NCBI GenBank assembly: GCA_040954595.2
Contig: CM082576.2
Coordinates: 13,953,129 to 14,017,128 of the forward strand
Direction: 5' to 3'
DNA: 64,000 bases
From: Balanoglossus misakiensis
Lineage: Eukaryota; Animalia; Hemichordata
Position 1 is the first letter of the stretch; the number at the start of each line of letters is the position of its first letter. Below the pieces are notes generated by a model. It searched no databases. It was not told where the DNA came from and worked only from the letters and a program-made list of their open reading frames with translations. Below, in pieces: positions 22,501-36,094 of this stretch. A program made the translations under genes and the position numbers.

Positions 22501-23821
22501 CTCAACCCTGACACGTGCACATTTACCTTCACATCAAAACCAAAGAATATGCCATTTTCTTGGTTCTGTTGTGTCGAAACAAAATGCATTTGTTGTGGCA
22601 TGTCAGCCATGAGAAGGCAGACGAGTAGAATACTAGGATATTATCAAAGATGGTGATAGGATATACGATTACCCATGATTCGTTTTGTCCAATAATTTTG
22701 GTAGGCTAGCCAATTTTTAAACGAGTCATTACAATATGATACACAGGTGTACATGTACTTTCAAAACGTGACAATACCCTAGGCTTTTACCAAATGGTAA
22801 ATGATCCAAGATCAATGAAAAAAAAATCTAGCAACATGACACAAATTAGTTCACATGCCAGCCCAGGTGTGAGGTGATCATCATTAAATTTAATTGTAAT
22901 ATCAGTGTCATAGTTTAGGGGCAGCTACATGTAAGAGGATATAATCTGCTTTGAGATGTATGAAGACGTCATGAGACATCATAAATATGCAAAATGGTTA
23001 CAGAATTGGTCTCTGTACGCGAGTTGCATAACCTTGCCGGTGAATATCTGTGAGCATGATCAGTAAAAGCTTTGTTGACCTCGACCTCCGATTCTCGACC
23101 CATGCAATACAATCGTCCTATACCGTGAAAGTGTCAAAATACTGGTGATTTCATTGTCTACTCCAGGGGATGTTTGTTTATGGGGGGGGGGGGTAATATC
23201 AAATACAACGTATCCTCCAAGAAACACAACAGACAACACACGATCTGTCATGTGATAAATCGCCCTTTTGCATTTTGCCGGGTCTGTGAAATCCACTTCA
23301 ATAAACGGGCGATAAAAGATTTGCACGATATTATCTCCCACGAAAAAACGTAAAACTCGCGCACTGTCTATCCATATCCCCGAACAAATGGGTATTTATC
23401 GTGGGCCCCTAACTTACTGTTATTGTAACACATATGGGTGTTAGTAATTATCAACTGAAAAGTCAGTTGCGGATAAATGCGTTTCCGGAAAACCACTCAT
23501 TATCGCTGGAGAAATTCAGCCGGCGCGTTGACATCGTTTTAAAAGAAATCAATTTAAAACAGGTCTCACCTCTTAAACAGCACAATACAACGACCTTGTT
23601 TTATAGCACAAGACGAGGGTTTAGAACCATGTACATGAAATGTTATGTACCACTTAGTACCTCGCCATCACGCCGGTTGTTTTCACCGCGACTCTGCGCG
23701 TCTATGAACGCGTCGTGGATACCAGAGTGCGTTGATCCCAACGCGAGCAACGCGACTCAGGTACGGGTATGATTTTGCAACATACATCTATGCGTGCGCG
23801 AATTCAGAAATAGAAGCTTAC

Positions 23822-24250
23822 CTCTCTACTGATTACTATCCGGAAACACACTCCGAACGAGCAGATTCTAACAGAACACAGGTAATGGCAGTTTTGAAAA
23901 CAGACAGCGAGTTCTCGTGTTAGATCCGGTTACATATTCACACGCTTGCACACAGCTATTGACCCACTGCACTGTGAGCTGTGTGTTTGTTCCACATCGT
24001 GGGACAAACCACTAACAGCTGATTCGGGCCGGGCCAACGTCCTTTCCCGGGTCTGTCTCACTCGCGAATGGGGGGGGTTCACACCCCTGGACGCTATGCT
24101 TGAAACATTAAAATCGTCACAATGACTGACTGCACAATATGGAATAATATTGTTGAGTTTGGTAAAACAGTTAATCCTGCATAAACCCCGTAGTAACCAG
24201 CAGTCGTGTAAGGCGCCGCCACCCTAGTGACATCAATATACTCGTATTCA
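23822..24250 (-). promoter_or_regulatory. Candidate non-coding first exon / promoter region of ERR
   Basis: Strong minus-strand donor AGAG|GTAAGC at 23822/23821 in a locally CpG-richer region. The ERR ATG exon begins at a splice acceptor (19533), so an upstream exon is required. The upstream boundary is approximate. Confidence 0.4.
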
Positions 24251-25435
24251 GATACGACCTCCCCCGCTACTGGAATGGTATTGACCGTCCTTCCACTTCA
24301 CTCTCTTGGCCATTGACAATACTCGTAAGCTTCATGTAGACCTCTCTTGAACAACAGTGGCACACGATATAACGCCCATACGCCCAGGTATATTTTATGT
24401 AACTGTATCAGGGAGAAGATTGATTTGGCAGTTCGTGTGATTAAATGACAAAAATTACCACTAGGGGTAAATTATTTGATTATAGACTAACGCAGAGCGC
24501 ACTGTGTAATGAATATCACAACACACGTGCATATTAATGAAATACGAGTCGCAGAATAAGTCTTTCTTCATTTCTGAGATATTTGATCTATTATATCCAA
24601 CATTAAGTTCATAACGTACTTAATTTATTTTGCAATAAAACCAGGTTGAGAGAAATTGGAAAACTTCGACATATACATAGGGCTTACCAGTAAAATAACT
24701 TACATGTAGTATTGAATCGAGTTTTCTCTTTTAAATTTATTATCGCTTTTTTGCGATGAAACATTTATAACATTTGAGTTTATATTAGCAATTGAATTAT
24801 ATTCCAGCTTGATATTTTCAAGTAAAAAATTTTCCTACAGCCGGTCGCTTATAAGCTTTCTAAGCAAATTTATCGCAAAAAGAAGTTTCAGTTCTTTTGG
24901 TTTTACGCATGTATGTTGTTGGTCGATGTCATTTTTTTTTGCGGAAACAATATCTTACCTTTTTATAACTAGAAAATTTGCATATTAGATTCAAGAGATA
25001 TACATAGGGTCGGGGTTATAGCGCCGAGTTATTGGTTAACTGCATGTGGCGCGCGCAAATACTCCGACCCAACATGCATAATGAGTATCCAGCACGCTGA
25101 TGGCACTCTGTGTAACCCCTATGTAGTGTCGAATGTTATAGTGCCTGCTCAACTAACACAGTTAGTACAATTTACGCCAACGCACTTTATTTATCGGCGT
25201 AGTGTGATTTTCTTCGGAAAGGTTACCGTTTCTACAAATAGGCCCACTACAATTAGGGCATTGCATTTCAGACGTGACCGTGACGTTGTAACAACCGATC
25301 AATCGTGCAAATGTAGCCTGTTAAAGTTAACAAAAATGCTTGTTCAGTGTTATTCCATTTTTTTCCAGAATATAGTGGCTCTTATTCAAACCTATCGTAA
25401 AATAAAACAACCGATCAACGTGTTTTAACAATTGA

Positions 25436-25733
25436 ATGTATGTATGTATTGTATGTATGTATGTATGTATGTATGTATGTATGTATGTATGTATGTATGT
25501 ATGTATGTATGTATGTATGTATGTATGTATGTATGTATGTATGTATGTATGTATGTATGTATGTATGTATGTATGTATGTATGTATGTATGTATGTATGT
25601 ATGTATGTATGTATGTATGTATGTATGTATGTATGTATGTATGTATGTATGTATGTATGTATGTATGTATGTATGTATGTATGTGTGTGTGTATGTATGT
25701 ATGTATGTATGTATGTATGTATGTATGTATGTA
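25436..25733. repeat. (ATGT)n microsatellite, ~300 bp
   Basis: Directly visible tetranucleotide repeat with a short GT interruption. Confidence 0.98.
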
Positions 25734-26525
25734 TACTCCACACATCGAAGTAAATAAGTTCACTGATTATACATTGGAAGTCGGTGCTACATATAATCTC
25801 GTTTGTTTTTGACAAGTATTATTGAATTCTAAAAGTTTGCAAACATAAACACCGTGACGAATAAGTAAGAGCAAACGTGAACAAATGATTTATTATTGTT
25901 TTGTTGTTGTTGATGATGTGTTTTTCTCATCTTATACCAATCATGACCTTGTAACGCGTGCATCTAGGACTGGAAACAGTGCAGTACACGTATATGGTAT
26001 ATTGTTGAAGTCGTTGGCTTGGAAGCAGGCCGTCACCGGACAGATAAATTCTTTGGGGGGAAGGTCGATTCACCTGTTCTAGGGCACGTGAACCGGTGGT
26101 CATTGTCGTCGATGTGTGCTCAGGGTAGGTGCCGCGCCGCCAATTCAACTAATAAATTCCCTTGTTGTTCCGTAGCCAACCATTGAAACACTCAATCTTT
26201 TCACGCCCGTGTCACCAAAAATAGTTTCTAAGCCTCATACACCAAGACAAGATTTGCAGAGGGGTGTTTCGCGGTGTTAGATTTGTGTTGTAGAATCTTT
26301 GTCGTCGGTAGTAGGCCTACAAATGGAAGTCGGAAAGACAGTTTTCGGGGTTTTTAAAATAAATGTCGAGCTCATAAAAGTTAAAATACTGCATATAAAA
26401 TGTTTCCTTCTCTCTCTCCCCCCCCCCCCGTGTTTATCCGGTCGTACTTTAGATGTACCGCCGCGTTGGAATGCGAGGCCCCTGTCATTCACGTGCAATG
26501 CATGCAAGGTGTCTGTGAGTGACGT

Positions 26526-26672
26526 CATACATACATACATACATACATACATACATACATACATACATACATACATACATACATACATACATACATACAT
26601 ACATACATACATACATACATACATACATACATACATACATACATACATACATACATACATACATACATACAT
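26526..26672. repeat. (CATA)n microsatellite, ~147 bp
   Basis: Directly visible; reverse complement of the 25436-25733 tract. Confidence 0.98.
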
Positions 26673-28622
26673 GAAGCACGTGATGTGAGGAGTGAAAAGT
26701 TGTGAAAAAGTGTCAATACAGAGAATAAAATAGGTACTATGTGAAATATAACGACACTACTATTAAATAGTAAAGTTGTCTTCAATGAAGTAGTAATTAA
26801 AACAATGATGGGATATATGGTAAAAATAATAATTTTCGTCTTGTTTTCACTCTTGTTGATTTGTTTGTCAAGGTAAAATATTGTCTGTAAAACTTGATTT
26901 CTTGTATGTGTTCACAGACTCTCCCGACTTGATTGCTATTATCAACTACCATGACTGGGGCCGGGGTACCTTTATAACGCATACAAGGGTCTTCTCAAAA
27001 ATGTAAGACTACCTGAGCTAACAATATCTTTATTCAGTGATTCAATGACACGACTTAAATTGGATATTTTGGCGTTATAATATTAGGGAAGATGGAAACA
27101 ACTAACAGACATTTTTAGCGAAACAAAAAAGTGAATACATTTCGCATCAGCTGCCTTCCGCACATTCAGACAACTTTGAATGTGAGTGAAACAGAGACGA
27201 CCCCTAGGTTACCGAGGACAACGAAGTAGGTCAAAGTACCCGGATGGAAATGGCTTTCGTGTTGTACGTGATGTAGTACGTTCAACTGCGCATGCGCTAC
27301 TCGTCACTAAACTTTTTCCAGGTAATGATGAATATGTAGTGAGGAGTGTCCCCCGTTGATTGCCGGTGTTGATTGTACTTAGCTGTAAACTTTGAACTGT
27401 CTGTTCATATTCAAAGCAGGTTGGCTATATGCGATCACGGGCATTTTTAATAGCATTCATTTATGCATTCGTGAAAGGGCGTTCAGAGACGTACAGGGGG
27501 GCATTCGCGAGACTGCGCGCCATCGACGTTTGTTACATTGTTAGGGCCCACTGTTTGATACCATAGTTTCATGTTTTATAGAAAAAAGATATCAATGAAA
27601 TATGCCACATGCACACCATATCATAACGCGATTCTGTTTTTTGTTTTTTTTCTCAGTGTTCGGAAAACAGGTGATATTGAGAGCAACTTTGGCCGATATT
27701 TAAAATGTTTATTCATGTTTACCTTTAGGCCTACACGTAAGATATGAACAGGTGTTTAGTTTTTTTAATGTACCGTAGATTCCCGGCTTGTTAGCTAGAG
27801 GTACCCTGGGTGGTAGATCTTGCTTCAAGTTGTCAGTTCCCGCGCGTAGAATCTTTGAGTTCAAATGCGAAACAAAGACTTGGTATAGGTCACAGGGTTT
27901 CGATTTCTCCGGTCTGGGGCGGTGCCGTGGTGTAGTCTGGTATCCAGACCGCAGACGGGGTGGTGGGGTCACTCTAGTGCATCAAAGTGCACCATACCAC
28001 AATTATGAAATTTGCGTCTTTCGGACTTCGCTTTCGGCGCTCCCTTCCCCACAGATTCACGCCCCTCGCATCGCATCCGTTTCTTCCATTCCACTCACCA
28101 CTGATATGATTAGGCCTATTAGGCCCTAACATTCTCTTATATCACGTACCAGTGAAATGTACTTTATAATAAAAAGCATTGGTTTCAATTTAGACTATGC
28201 ATTTGTTACAGAGTATGAAAATCATGTATCACATATTACTATAATTCGGATCCAATTTAACGAACGAAAGGTCTGATTCTTGATTTGGACTATTACTTAT
28301 CGATGACAAGTAGCGTACAAGATGAAGTTACTAATGCATGAACATTATACAGAAAAATTTGTACTAATATGTCTTGAAGCGGATATATTTTAATTTAGGC
28401 ACTCGAATAATAAAGCAGCTCTTGCCAGCCGCCTGCGTCAGACCACCTATATTAAATAGACAAAAATATGTGGTGTACTTTATTGACAACAAAACTACCA
28501 TTTCATCTGGTACCGAGAGAATTATTCATTCAAACAAAGAACCCAATGTTTGTTTTACAAGTTTCACGTTCGTGTTTTGAGGAGTAATGGCTGGCACATT
28601 GGCGGTGTAGTCTGGACTTCGA

Positions 28623-28700
28623 TAGCCTAGTCCTAGCCGTATTTTGTCCGCTCTGCCGCTTTGGAAGCAAAACGGACAAAATACGGCTGGGACTAGGCTA
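28623..28700. repeat. Short hairpin element (28-bp inverted arms, TA ends)
   Basis: TAGCCTAGTCCTAGCCGTATTTTGTCCG ... CGGACAAAATACGGCTGGGACTAGGCTA, one mismatch. Confidence 0.7.
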
Positions 28701-28816
28701 GAACTACGATTATGCGAGAGAAACTTGCCTGATGAAAATGATTGCGTATGTATATTGCGCTAAGAAAGAAGATCGTTTTCAAAGTTATATTGTTTATCTA
28801 TTTATTTATTTCTTTA

Positions 28817-28867
28817 TTTGTTTGTTTGTTTGTTTGTTTGTTTGTTTGTTTGTTTGTTTGTTTGTTT
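28817..28867. repeat. (TTTG)n microsatellite
   Basis: Directly visible. Confidence 0.9.
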
Positions 28868-28972
28868 ACTGTTCTTTAGATTGCAAAGTCACGGAAAGTT
28901 ATCATACTAGATCAAGCTTTTTCACAAGGAATACCGAGACAGGGTTCTATATACATTGTGATCCTGTGAGGC

Positions 28973-29176
28973 TTAAAGGTATACGGTCACCTATGCGAAT
29001 ATAGCTATTATAGTTACCATCATGGCAAATTGGGATCTAGCCAATCACAGATCTGTGTGTGGCACAGCGAAAAAAAGCGTCACCATATGTCGAACACTCA
29101 AATATGCCATTTCTGCAATATGTATGCATGGGCGTACTGTATGTGGATTGGAGGTGACCGTAGCGTATACCTTTGA
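28973..29176. mobile_element. Decayed TTAAAGG-type MITE
   Basis: TTAAAGGTATACGGTCACCT ... AGGTGACCG(tagcg)TATACCTTTGA imperfect TIRs. Confidence 0.5.
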
Positions 29177-29273
29177 GAAGCAATACCCTCTTACATGTTA
29201 CATGTTACGTTTATATTATTTCTGCTGGCTGCAGGTCGAGACTTGTCAGTTTCGTCACGTTTTCTTTGATAGC

Positions 29274-29626
29274 TTAAAGGGACAAAGTCTCTCTCCCGCT
29301 GCCCCTTTCCGTTAATTATATTTGATACAAGACACCATTTATGTCATTCAACATGTGGATATATAGTGAATCAACGTTCGACTACACACAACTTCCATCC
29401 GACTTGTAGACACGAGAGTGAGAAACTCGCCAAAATAAATAATCGGTGTTTACCGTTTATTCATTTTGGCGAGATTTTTACTCTCATATCCTACAAACGA
29501 GATAGATTTGTGTGTGGTCGAACGTTGATTTGCTATATATCCACATGTTGAATAACGTAAATGGTGTCTTGTGTCAAACATAATAAATGGGAAAATGGCA
29601 GCGAGAGAGAGACTTTGGCCCTTTAA
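29274..29626. mobile_element. Palindromic Kolobok/T2-like MITE (~350 bp)
   Basis: TTAA|AGGGACAAAGTCTCTCTC ... GAGAGAGACTTTGGCCCT|TTAA; nearly the whole element is an inverted repeat. Confidence 0.85.
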
Positions 29627-32600
29627 CCCGCGCCATGCCCCCCAAATAAATGGACCGGGCCAGACGCTGGCATAGCGCCAAAGGACGTCTCGCGTGAGAA
29701 TAGGCCTAAAGGTGATTGCACTATTTATACCGTCAACACATTTGCACATACCGCCACATCAAAGGGGCGTGTACACATCCAGGACTTTCCCAACACCTTC
29801 TTTGTCATAATCGATAGAAAGTAGTAGTTTCAAATTAGCTGGGAACCCAGAAAAATATATTATATTATGGGAACTTTCTGTGGAACTTATTTCCGCATAA
29901 ATTTCTAGCGAAATTTCCGTCTTTTATCATAAGCACTAGCTCTAGTGTCACCAGTTACCACCGGTGATGGGAATCTATCCTCGCTATTGTTCCTCAACAT
30001 TTCAGGACACCCTTTCTGGAACTTTTCAACATAAAAGACAAACTCATTCACAGATATGATTAGAAATTTGACCAAAACACCCTTAATTTACAATATCTTG
30101 AGGGGGAGATATAATATCATGTCACAGTTACACCATACCAATGCTAAATGCTGCAAAGGTACTGTTCCCAATATCTCAGGGCGATGAGGACACAGACGGT
30201 GATCTGTATTTCGATTCCTCGCTTTGAACCAGTTTTGAAAATAGGGATGTGCTTTTTGCGAGTTTAGAATAGGGGGTCTAATTCTTCTACGGACATTTTT
30301 TATTGGGGGGGGGGGGCATATCCCCTCTAGGTTCAAAAGCACCACCCCTACCTTGATTTTGGGAACCCATTTTCAATGAGAGCGCCACCAACGGGCTATG
30401 TCTCTTGATATATCCCCGACTGTCCATTGGAATTAGTCGTACATATACAGCTGAAAACACAGCTGAAAACACTGAATGCATACCGTCGACGTTCTAAAGT
30501 AAAATTAAGTCTAGTCTGAAGTTCAACAACAAAAACAGCACCACCAATACTGGCAATGTTTATAAAAACCTTCGTCGGCAATTCGAATGAGAGTCATTGC
30601 AGAATCCGTCAAGTATTAAAAATAGACCGTCGTCGAATGGGGGAAAATCAGTCAAATATTAGAAGATAGTGTGCTTTTGGACACATTAAATAGTGTGGAT
30701 AAAGTGTTGGGTGTTTTGAAGTACAACAAACTTTTGCCAGTCTTTGGTGAATTCCAGACACTTGGACAAATAAGGAAATAGTAGATAGACGTCACCGTCA
30801 CGTGAGATTTCAATATAATGAGATTGGACTAATGACCTTCGTCTGACCCTTGTCTACCTTCGGTACTGTCTGGGCCGGCTATATGATAAGGAATTTACAA
30901 CGCGGATTTCTAACGACGCCAAAATACAATTCTAAACTGATAAATTGAAAACCTGTTGACCTTGATCCCTTCCCGTAACTTCAAGAGCTCATCAAATAAC
31001 GAGACCACGAGTTTCAATAGAAGTCACAGGCGTTAATTACTGATTTAGCAGCTTGATTGATTCAACAGGTTGAATCACGCTGGCCCCCTGCCACATTCCA
31101 ACCGCTGGTTGCGTTTTTAGCGTAGCGCAGCCAGTGGTGAGAATGGGACGTGACTTTTGTTTTTATGTGCCAATTTTGCTGTCGACAATCCTCCGCATTA
31201 TTTGGAAAGTTACGCACATGGCTTCGTGTGTGTAGGTTTTTTTATCATTTCTCGTATTCAGCAACTGGAAAACTAAAGTTTGCAAACATGAATCGTAGCG
31301 TACGTGAACGCGTAAGTCATGGGATCGCGTTATAGCTCAGCCGCAAATTCGTAACTAAATACAAAACTCTCGCTCTTTGTAAAAAAAAAAATCACCAAAC
31401 GCCGATTACTGGGCTAGTCTAAAAATTTAAAGCCCGGTGAGCTGCAACTCGATGAAAAAAATGACCCTTTAAATAATCGGGGATATGTTTTCAATTCTGT
31501 TTAAATGGCATTGCCTGATAGTATATTTAGGGGCTATTACACGAATTTTGGTCAATAACGCGTCGTATTCGAGTGATGTCCGTATTTTGACGAGTTGCGC
31601 TTCGCAACGAGTCAAAATATGAAGAATGGAAATGAAGAATGGAAATGTAACGTCAGAGTGTGGATTACGTTTACTTCCATGCGTTCAGTTGATGTTCTGG
31701 TCATGTTTGTCAGAACCTGACGAAAGATTGGACTTGCGAAATGCCACGCTTTTTATATTACCCAATGGGTCCATCTGTTAGTTGAAAACGTTGTGATAAT
31801 ATCAATGAAATGACTCTTATAGTGTCCAACCCATGCATGCCAGTCTGCCACTGTTTATAATTTGTAGAGGCATTCTTATTCATAATTGTGATGAGTGATA
31901 TGGACTTATTATTCAGTACGTATTTTAAACCAATCTGAATTTTGAGTGCCATTGTTTCAAGCTTTGCCCAAAATTGTACCTTTTTAGTATGATGTTTTAT
32001 TTTCTATCATATGTTACATCATTTTTTTATGTTGTATTTCCTTTCATTCTTTTATCAGGGTTTTATTAACATTTTTAGTATGTATAATTTTAACTTGTAT
32101 GTCCTTTTCTTCTTGTCTTTTACGAGCGCATGTGGAAAGGCAATTTCCAATGCTCTGTATGCATATGGCAATAAATTGTATTATTATTATTATTTTATTT
32201 TATTTAAACTTCATTTCGGACTGATTAAAATATCATCCATAGACAAATATACTATAAGTGGTAAGCCATTAACATAAGTAAATACAACAATATTCAATTA
32301 AAAGGGGTTTGAGAGGGTTTTAGTAGCGATTTCATAGTCGGCGTTCAAAGGAAAATTGAACGCCAATTGTTGAAATCATCTTCTGATTCCCTTTTAACCC
32401 TTTCCCCCCGGCCCCTTCTTTAGAGGTCCAACTTTTACGGTGACCCTATATAGGAAACAATGGGTTTTGACTGGTGGTTAAAGGGTTAGAAAGGAGTGTG
32501 AGAACACAACCCAACGTTTCTGGAATGTCATTGTTTTCCATAGCTAGATGAATTCTGAATAAACTGCCATATGATCGGTTTTCAACGCAGGTCTGATGTC

Positions 32601-32841
32601 TACTCTTTTTCTAATTTTGAGGATGAAGATGTAATCAGTTCTTCTGTGGATTTTGTTCGGATGCAAACGCGTACAATGTACATGGAAATTATTGAAGCGA
32701 TGGATCCTCCAAACACCAACCAAACTGAAGTGAAACAGTTGTAGTTGTTGTAAGAATGGGACAGAATTATTTCGGTACAAGATTGGCGTTACTCTTGTTG
32801 TGGTAGATTCATTTACGCATTCGTTAATACAGTGCTGTGAT

Positions 32842-34506
32842 CTACAGCTCCAAGATAAACTTTGCCTTCTTCGCTATTGCATCTTTGTCGAGTTTCCCGG
32901 TTGGACCAGTGGGCAATGATTGGAAAAACACAACAAACTTTGGAACAACGAATGTGGGCAAATGAACTGCAGCAAACTGCAAAATATCCTCTGCAGTCGC
33001 TTCTTCTCCCGTTTTCAGACAAACACAGGCACATACTTCTTCAACTAGTCGTTCATCGGGAACGCCAACAGTATATGACATTTCTACCTTGGGGTGCACA
33101 TTCAACACTTTGTCAACTTCTTGAGGATATATGTTGAGTGCTTCCTTTATGATGACGTCTTTCTTTCGCCCGATGACGTCAATGCAGCCATCATCTTCCA
33201 TCACACAAAGATCACCAGTGTGGTACCAACCGCGGTCATCCAAGACTGCCTTAGTCTGTTCTTCGTCACCTTCATACCGTAGCATCATGGAAGGTGATCT
33301 AATGCACAGTTCGCCTATTGTTCCGAGAGGCACTATCAGACCCTCGTCGTTGATTATTTTCATCTCATTGTGATCAACTAAATAACCACATTTCTCGAAC
33401 TTCTCGGGATTGGTGTTGAACGTCAAAAAGCCAACCTCTGTACAGCCCAGTACACCGTATATGTTTTGGCAGACCTGACTTCTGAGCTTTTGAAAGGTTT
33501 CCCTCATAATTCTATTCCCGGTTAAAAGTAAGTATCGGAGGGAATGCAGTTGACCCTCCCGCAGTTTAGGGGAATGCATCAGATCGAATAAACGTGCAAA
33601 CATCAGGCAGGCAACTGTGACATTCTCTTGCTCGATCAAATCTATCACTTCCGCTGCCCCGGACTCTTGATCCGCTACAACAGTTTTAAATCCGTGACAA
33701 ACGCCCATAACGGTAGAGAGCTCTCCGGAGGCATGAGTGAATTTGCTTAACGAGATAAAACACACTTCTGTGTTTACCGTTTCTAACAAGTGTCGACCGT
33801 AGGTGTACAAGTTCTCTATAGGAGATCTATGGGATCTGACCACAGCTTTAGGAAAGCCAGTACTGCCAGATGTCATGAAAATCGTTATTTCATCGTCCTG
33901 TTGGACAGTTCTCCGTAATTTATCAACACACTCAATATCTCTTTCATCACCAATCTTCATTACATCTTCAAAGCGAATCATTCCTGGCTTTTCGTCTTGA
34001 CCGAGGTGAATTACCGTTCGAAGGGTTGGTATTTTTGCCATGGTTTGACCGTTTGCCATGTTTGCTGTCTCTGTTGCGGCAGCCAACACACCGTGCTCTT
34101 GGTCACCAGGTGCGACGATAAATGCAACCACTTTCGTTTTATTGGCCAGTCGCTCTATGTACTCTGAGTTGTAGCCAACCATAAATCGGACACACACCAG
34201 TTTGGTGTAAGCCATCGCATAAAGGGAACTGACCCACTCATAGCAATTATTGGCCAAGATGCCAACACGTTCACCTGGCTGCAGACCCAGGTGCACAAAG
34301 CCAGCAGCCAAGCTGATGACGTCTTTGCGTAGTTGTTGAAATGTGACACGCTGCTTTGTGTTGTCTTTTGAAGCAAAGACAAAAGCCTCCTTATCAGGAA
34401 AGTCGGTTGCTGATTGGTCCAGTATATCACACAAAGTCTTCCCTGTCAAAGGTGTACTGGATGCGGCATGTAGATAGCTGTGTCTGGGTTTGTACGCTCT
34501 GTACAT
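32842..34506 (-). CDS. ACSF2: ACSF2-like acyl-CoA synthetase (AMP-binding/ANL superfamily), copy 1, single coding exon, 554 aa
   Basis: Intact ORF with P-loop MTSGSTGFPKAV, GCTE, WYHTGDL, IGRKKDVII and the catalytic Lys in PTGKLDK. N-terminal SYLH...PLTGKTL motif typical of ACSF2/FACL_like. Splice acceptor just upstream of the ATG (exon starts 34520). Confidence 0.88.
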   Translation of the reverse strand: MYRAYKPRHSYLHAASSTPLTGKTLCDILDQSATDFPDKEAFVFASKDNTKQRVTFQQLRKDVISLAAGFVHLGLQPGERVGILANNCYEWVSSLYAMAYTKLVCVRFMVGYNSEYIERLANKTKVVAFIVAPGDQEHGVLAAATETANMANGQTMAKIPTLRTVIHLGQDEKPGMIRFEDVMKIGDERDIECVDKLRRTVQQDDEITIFMTSGSTGFPKAVVRSHRSPIENLYTYGRHLLETVNTEVCFISLSKFTHASGELSTVMGVCHGFKTVVADQESGAAEVIDLIEQENVTVACLMFARLFDLMHSPKLREGQLHSLRYLLLTGNRIMRETFQKLRSQVCQNIYGVLGCTEVGFLTFNTNPEKFEKCGYLVDHNEMKIINDEGLIVPLGTIGELCIRSPSMMLRYEGDEEQTKAVLDDRGWYHTGDLCVMEDDGCIDVIGRKKDVIIKEALNIYPQEVDKVLNVHPKVEMSYTVGVPDERLVEEVCACVCLKTGEEATAEDILQFAAVHLPTFVVPKFVVFFQSLPTGPTGKLDKDAIAKKAKFILEL

Positions 34507-34689
34507 CGTGAATGGTTTGCCTGTAACAGAAAACAGTCAACAATTAATTAACATTTACTTAGGTATTTTAAAATGGACGCAGATAGTTGGCAAGTTAGTA
34601 AACAGGGTTGCCATTTTCGGGTTCAAACGTTCGTAAATTCAACAGTATTTTTATTTTATTTATTTACTTTAACCCCACGCGACTGTGGT

Positions 34690-35045
34690 TTAAAGGGACA
34701 AAGTCTCTCTCTTGCTGCCTTTTTTCCATTAATTATGTTTGATACAAGACACCGTTTATGTCATTCTACATGTGGATATATAATGAATCAATGTTCAACC
34801 ACACACAACTTCCATCCCACTTGTAGGGTATGAGAGTAAAAACTCGCCCAAAATTAATAAATGGTAAAGACCAATTATTCATTTTGGGAGACTTTTTCAC
34901 TCTTGTGTCTACAAGCGGGATGGAAGTTGTGTGTGGTCGCACATTGATTCACTATATATCCGCATGTAGAATAACATAAATGGTGTCTTGTATCAAACAT
35001 AATTAATGAAAAGAGGGCAGCTAGAGAGAGACTTTGTCCCTTTAA
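34690..35045. mobile_element. Same MITE family, in the 5' intron of ACSF2-like copy 1
   Basis: TTAA-flanked palindrome; the empty homologous site GTGGTTTAACCGCAC is visible in copy 3 at 45802-45816. Confidence 0.9.
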
Positions 35046-36094
35046 CCGCACATTTTCACTGCTGCATTCTAGTTCAGGGGCCCATTTTACCACTCTCAGC
35101 AGTGGTAAAACAGTATTTTACCATGTCGCTGGATTGAGCTCTCTCGTCCAATCAGAATGGCGGACGGTAGCATGGTATAATATGAATAAGTTTATTTGTG
35201 GTTCAGGGTCGGAGCTCTGAAGCAAGTATACCGTGAGAACGCTCAGATAAATTAACAACATTCAAAAACGCCACCCTGCGCGACTTTTTGGGCATGTTTA
35301 CAGAGTACCCAGTGTCTTCGGTCAGCATCCATTGTGAAGTCAACCATGATGATAGACGCGAGCGGTTTTCTAACCATTTTGTTTTTGTTTTGGTCAAACA
35401 ATGACAGAATGAAATACCACATTCCCCCAAGTACAACGAAAACTAACCGTTTTGCACGCATTTTATCGGTGTGCAATTATCCCAAAATAGTTTCAATCGT
35501 GTCGATGTTGTTCAATGTTCGTCACGGCTGAGATCGGATGCGTTAGGATTGGCGAATCTGATAGTGCCCAATCGACTACAGTTCGTAATCATGGCGTTAT
35601 GCTTATCAGGATAGTGTCATATTTCCAAAATATCATGGAACGTAGTACAGCTCGTTTTCTGAACGGTATCAAAGAGCACTTTGAGATTTATCATAGCAGT
35701 ACCATGTTAATGAACGGCCATTTCCATATTAAACACACGTGTGCAACTAGGCCCACAACTCCAAAGTTCCATCAGCGAACTTGATGAAACTTGCCAGAGA
35801 TATAGTTTTCACAGTCACGTTATTAACCTATTCTTCTAGATCAAAAAGTGGTAAAAGCACAACCCAAACGGGGTGGCATGTAAACACGTATCCTCGGGGC
35901 AGCTATCCAGACGTTGCTAAATGAATCGCACCCTAGCGTCTGTATTATTTACAACCCTGGGAACTTTACATTGTTTGTTTCAAAGACTACAAGTAAGGAG
36001 TATGACGTGACCGGGTGACAAATTTCAAAATCCGCTGCAGTCTCACACTCCGCTGGGAAGAACATTAACAGGCGAAAAAATCAAAGTGACTTAC

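Noticed and set aside
25327-26785. ORFs with YIHT/MYVC repeats
   Set aside because: Translations of (ATGT)n/(CATA)n microsatellites, which have no stop codons in any frame; not genes.
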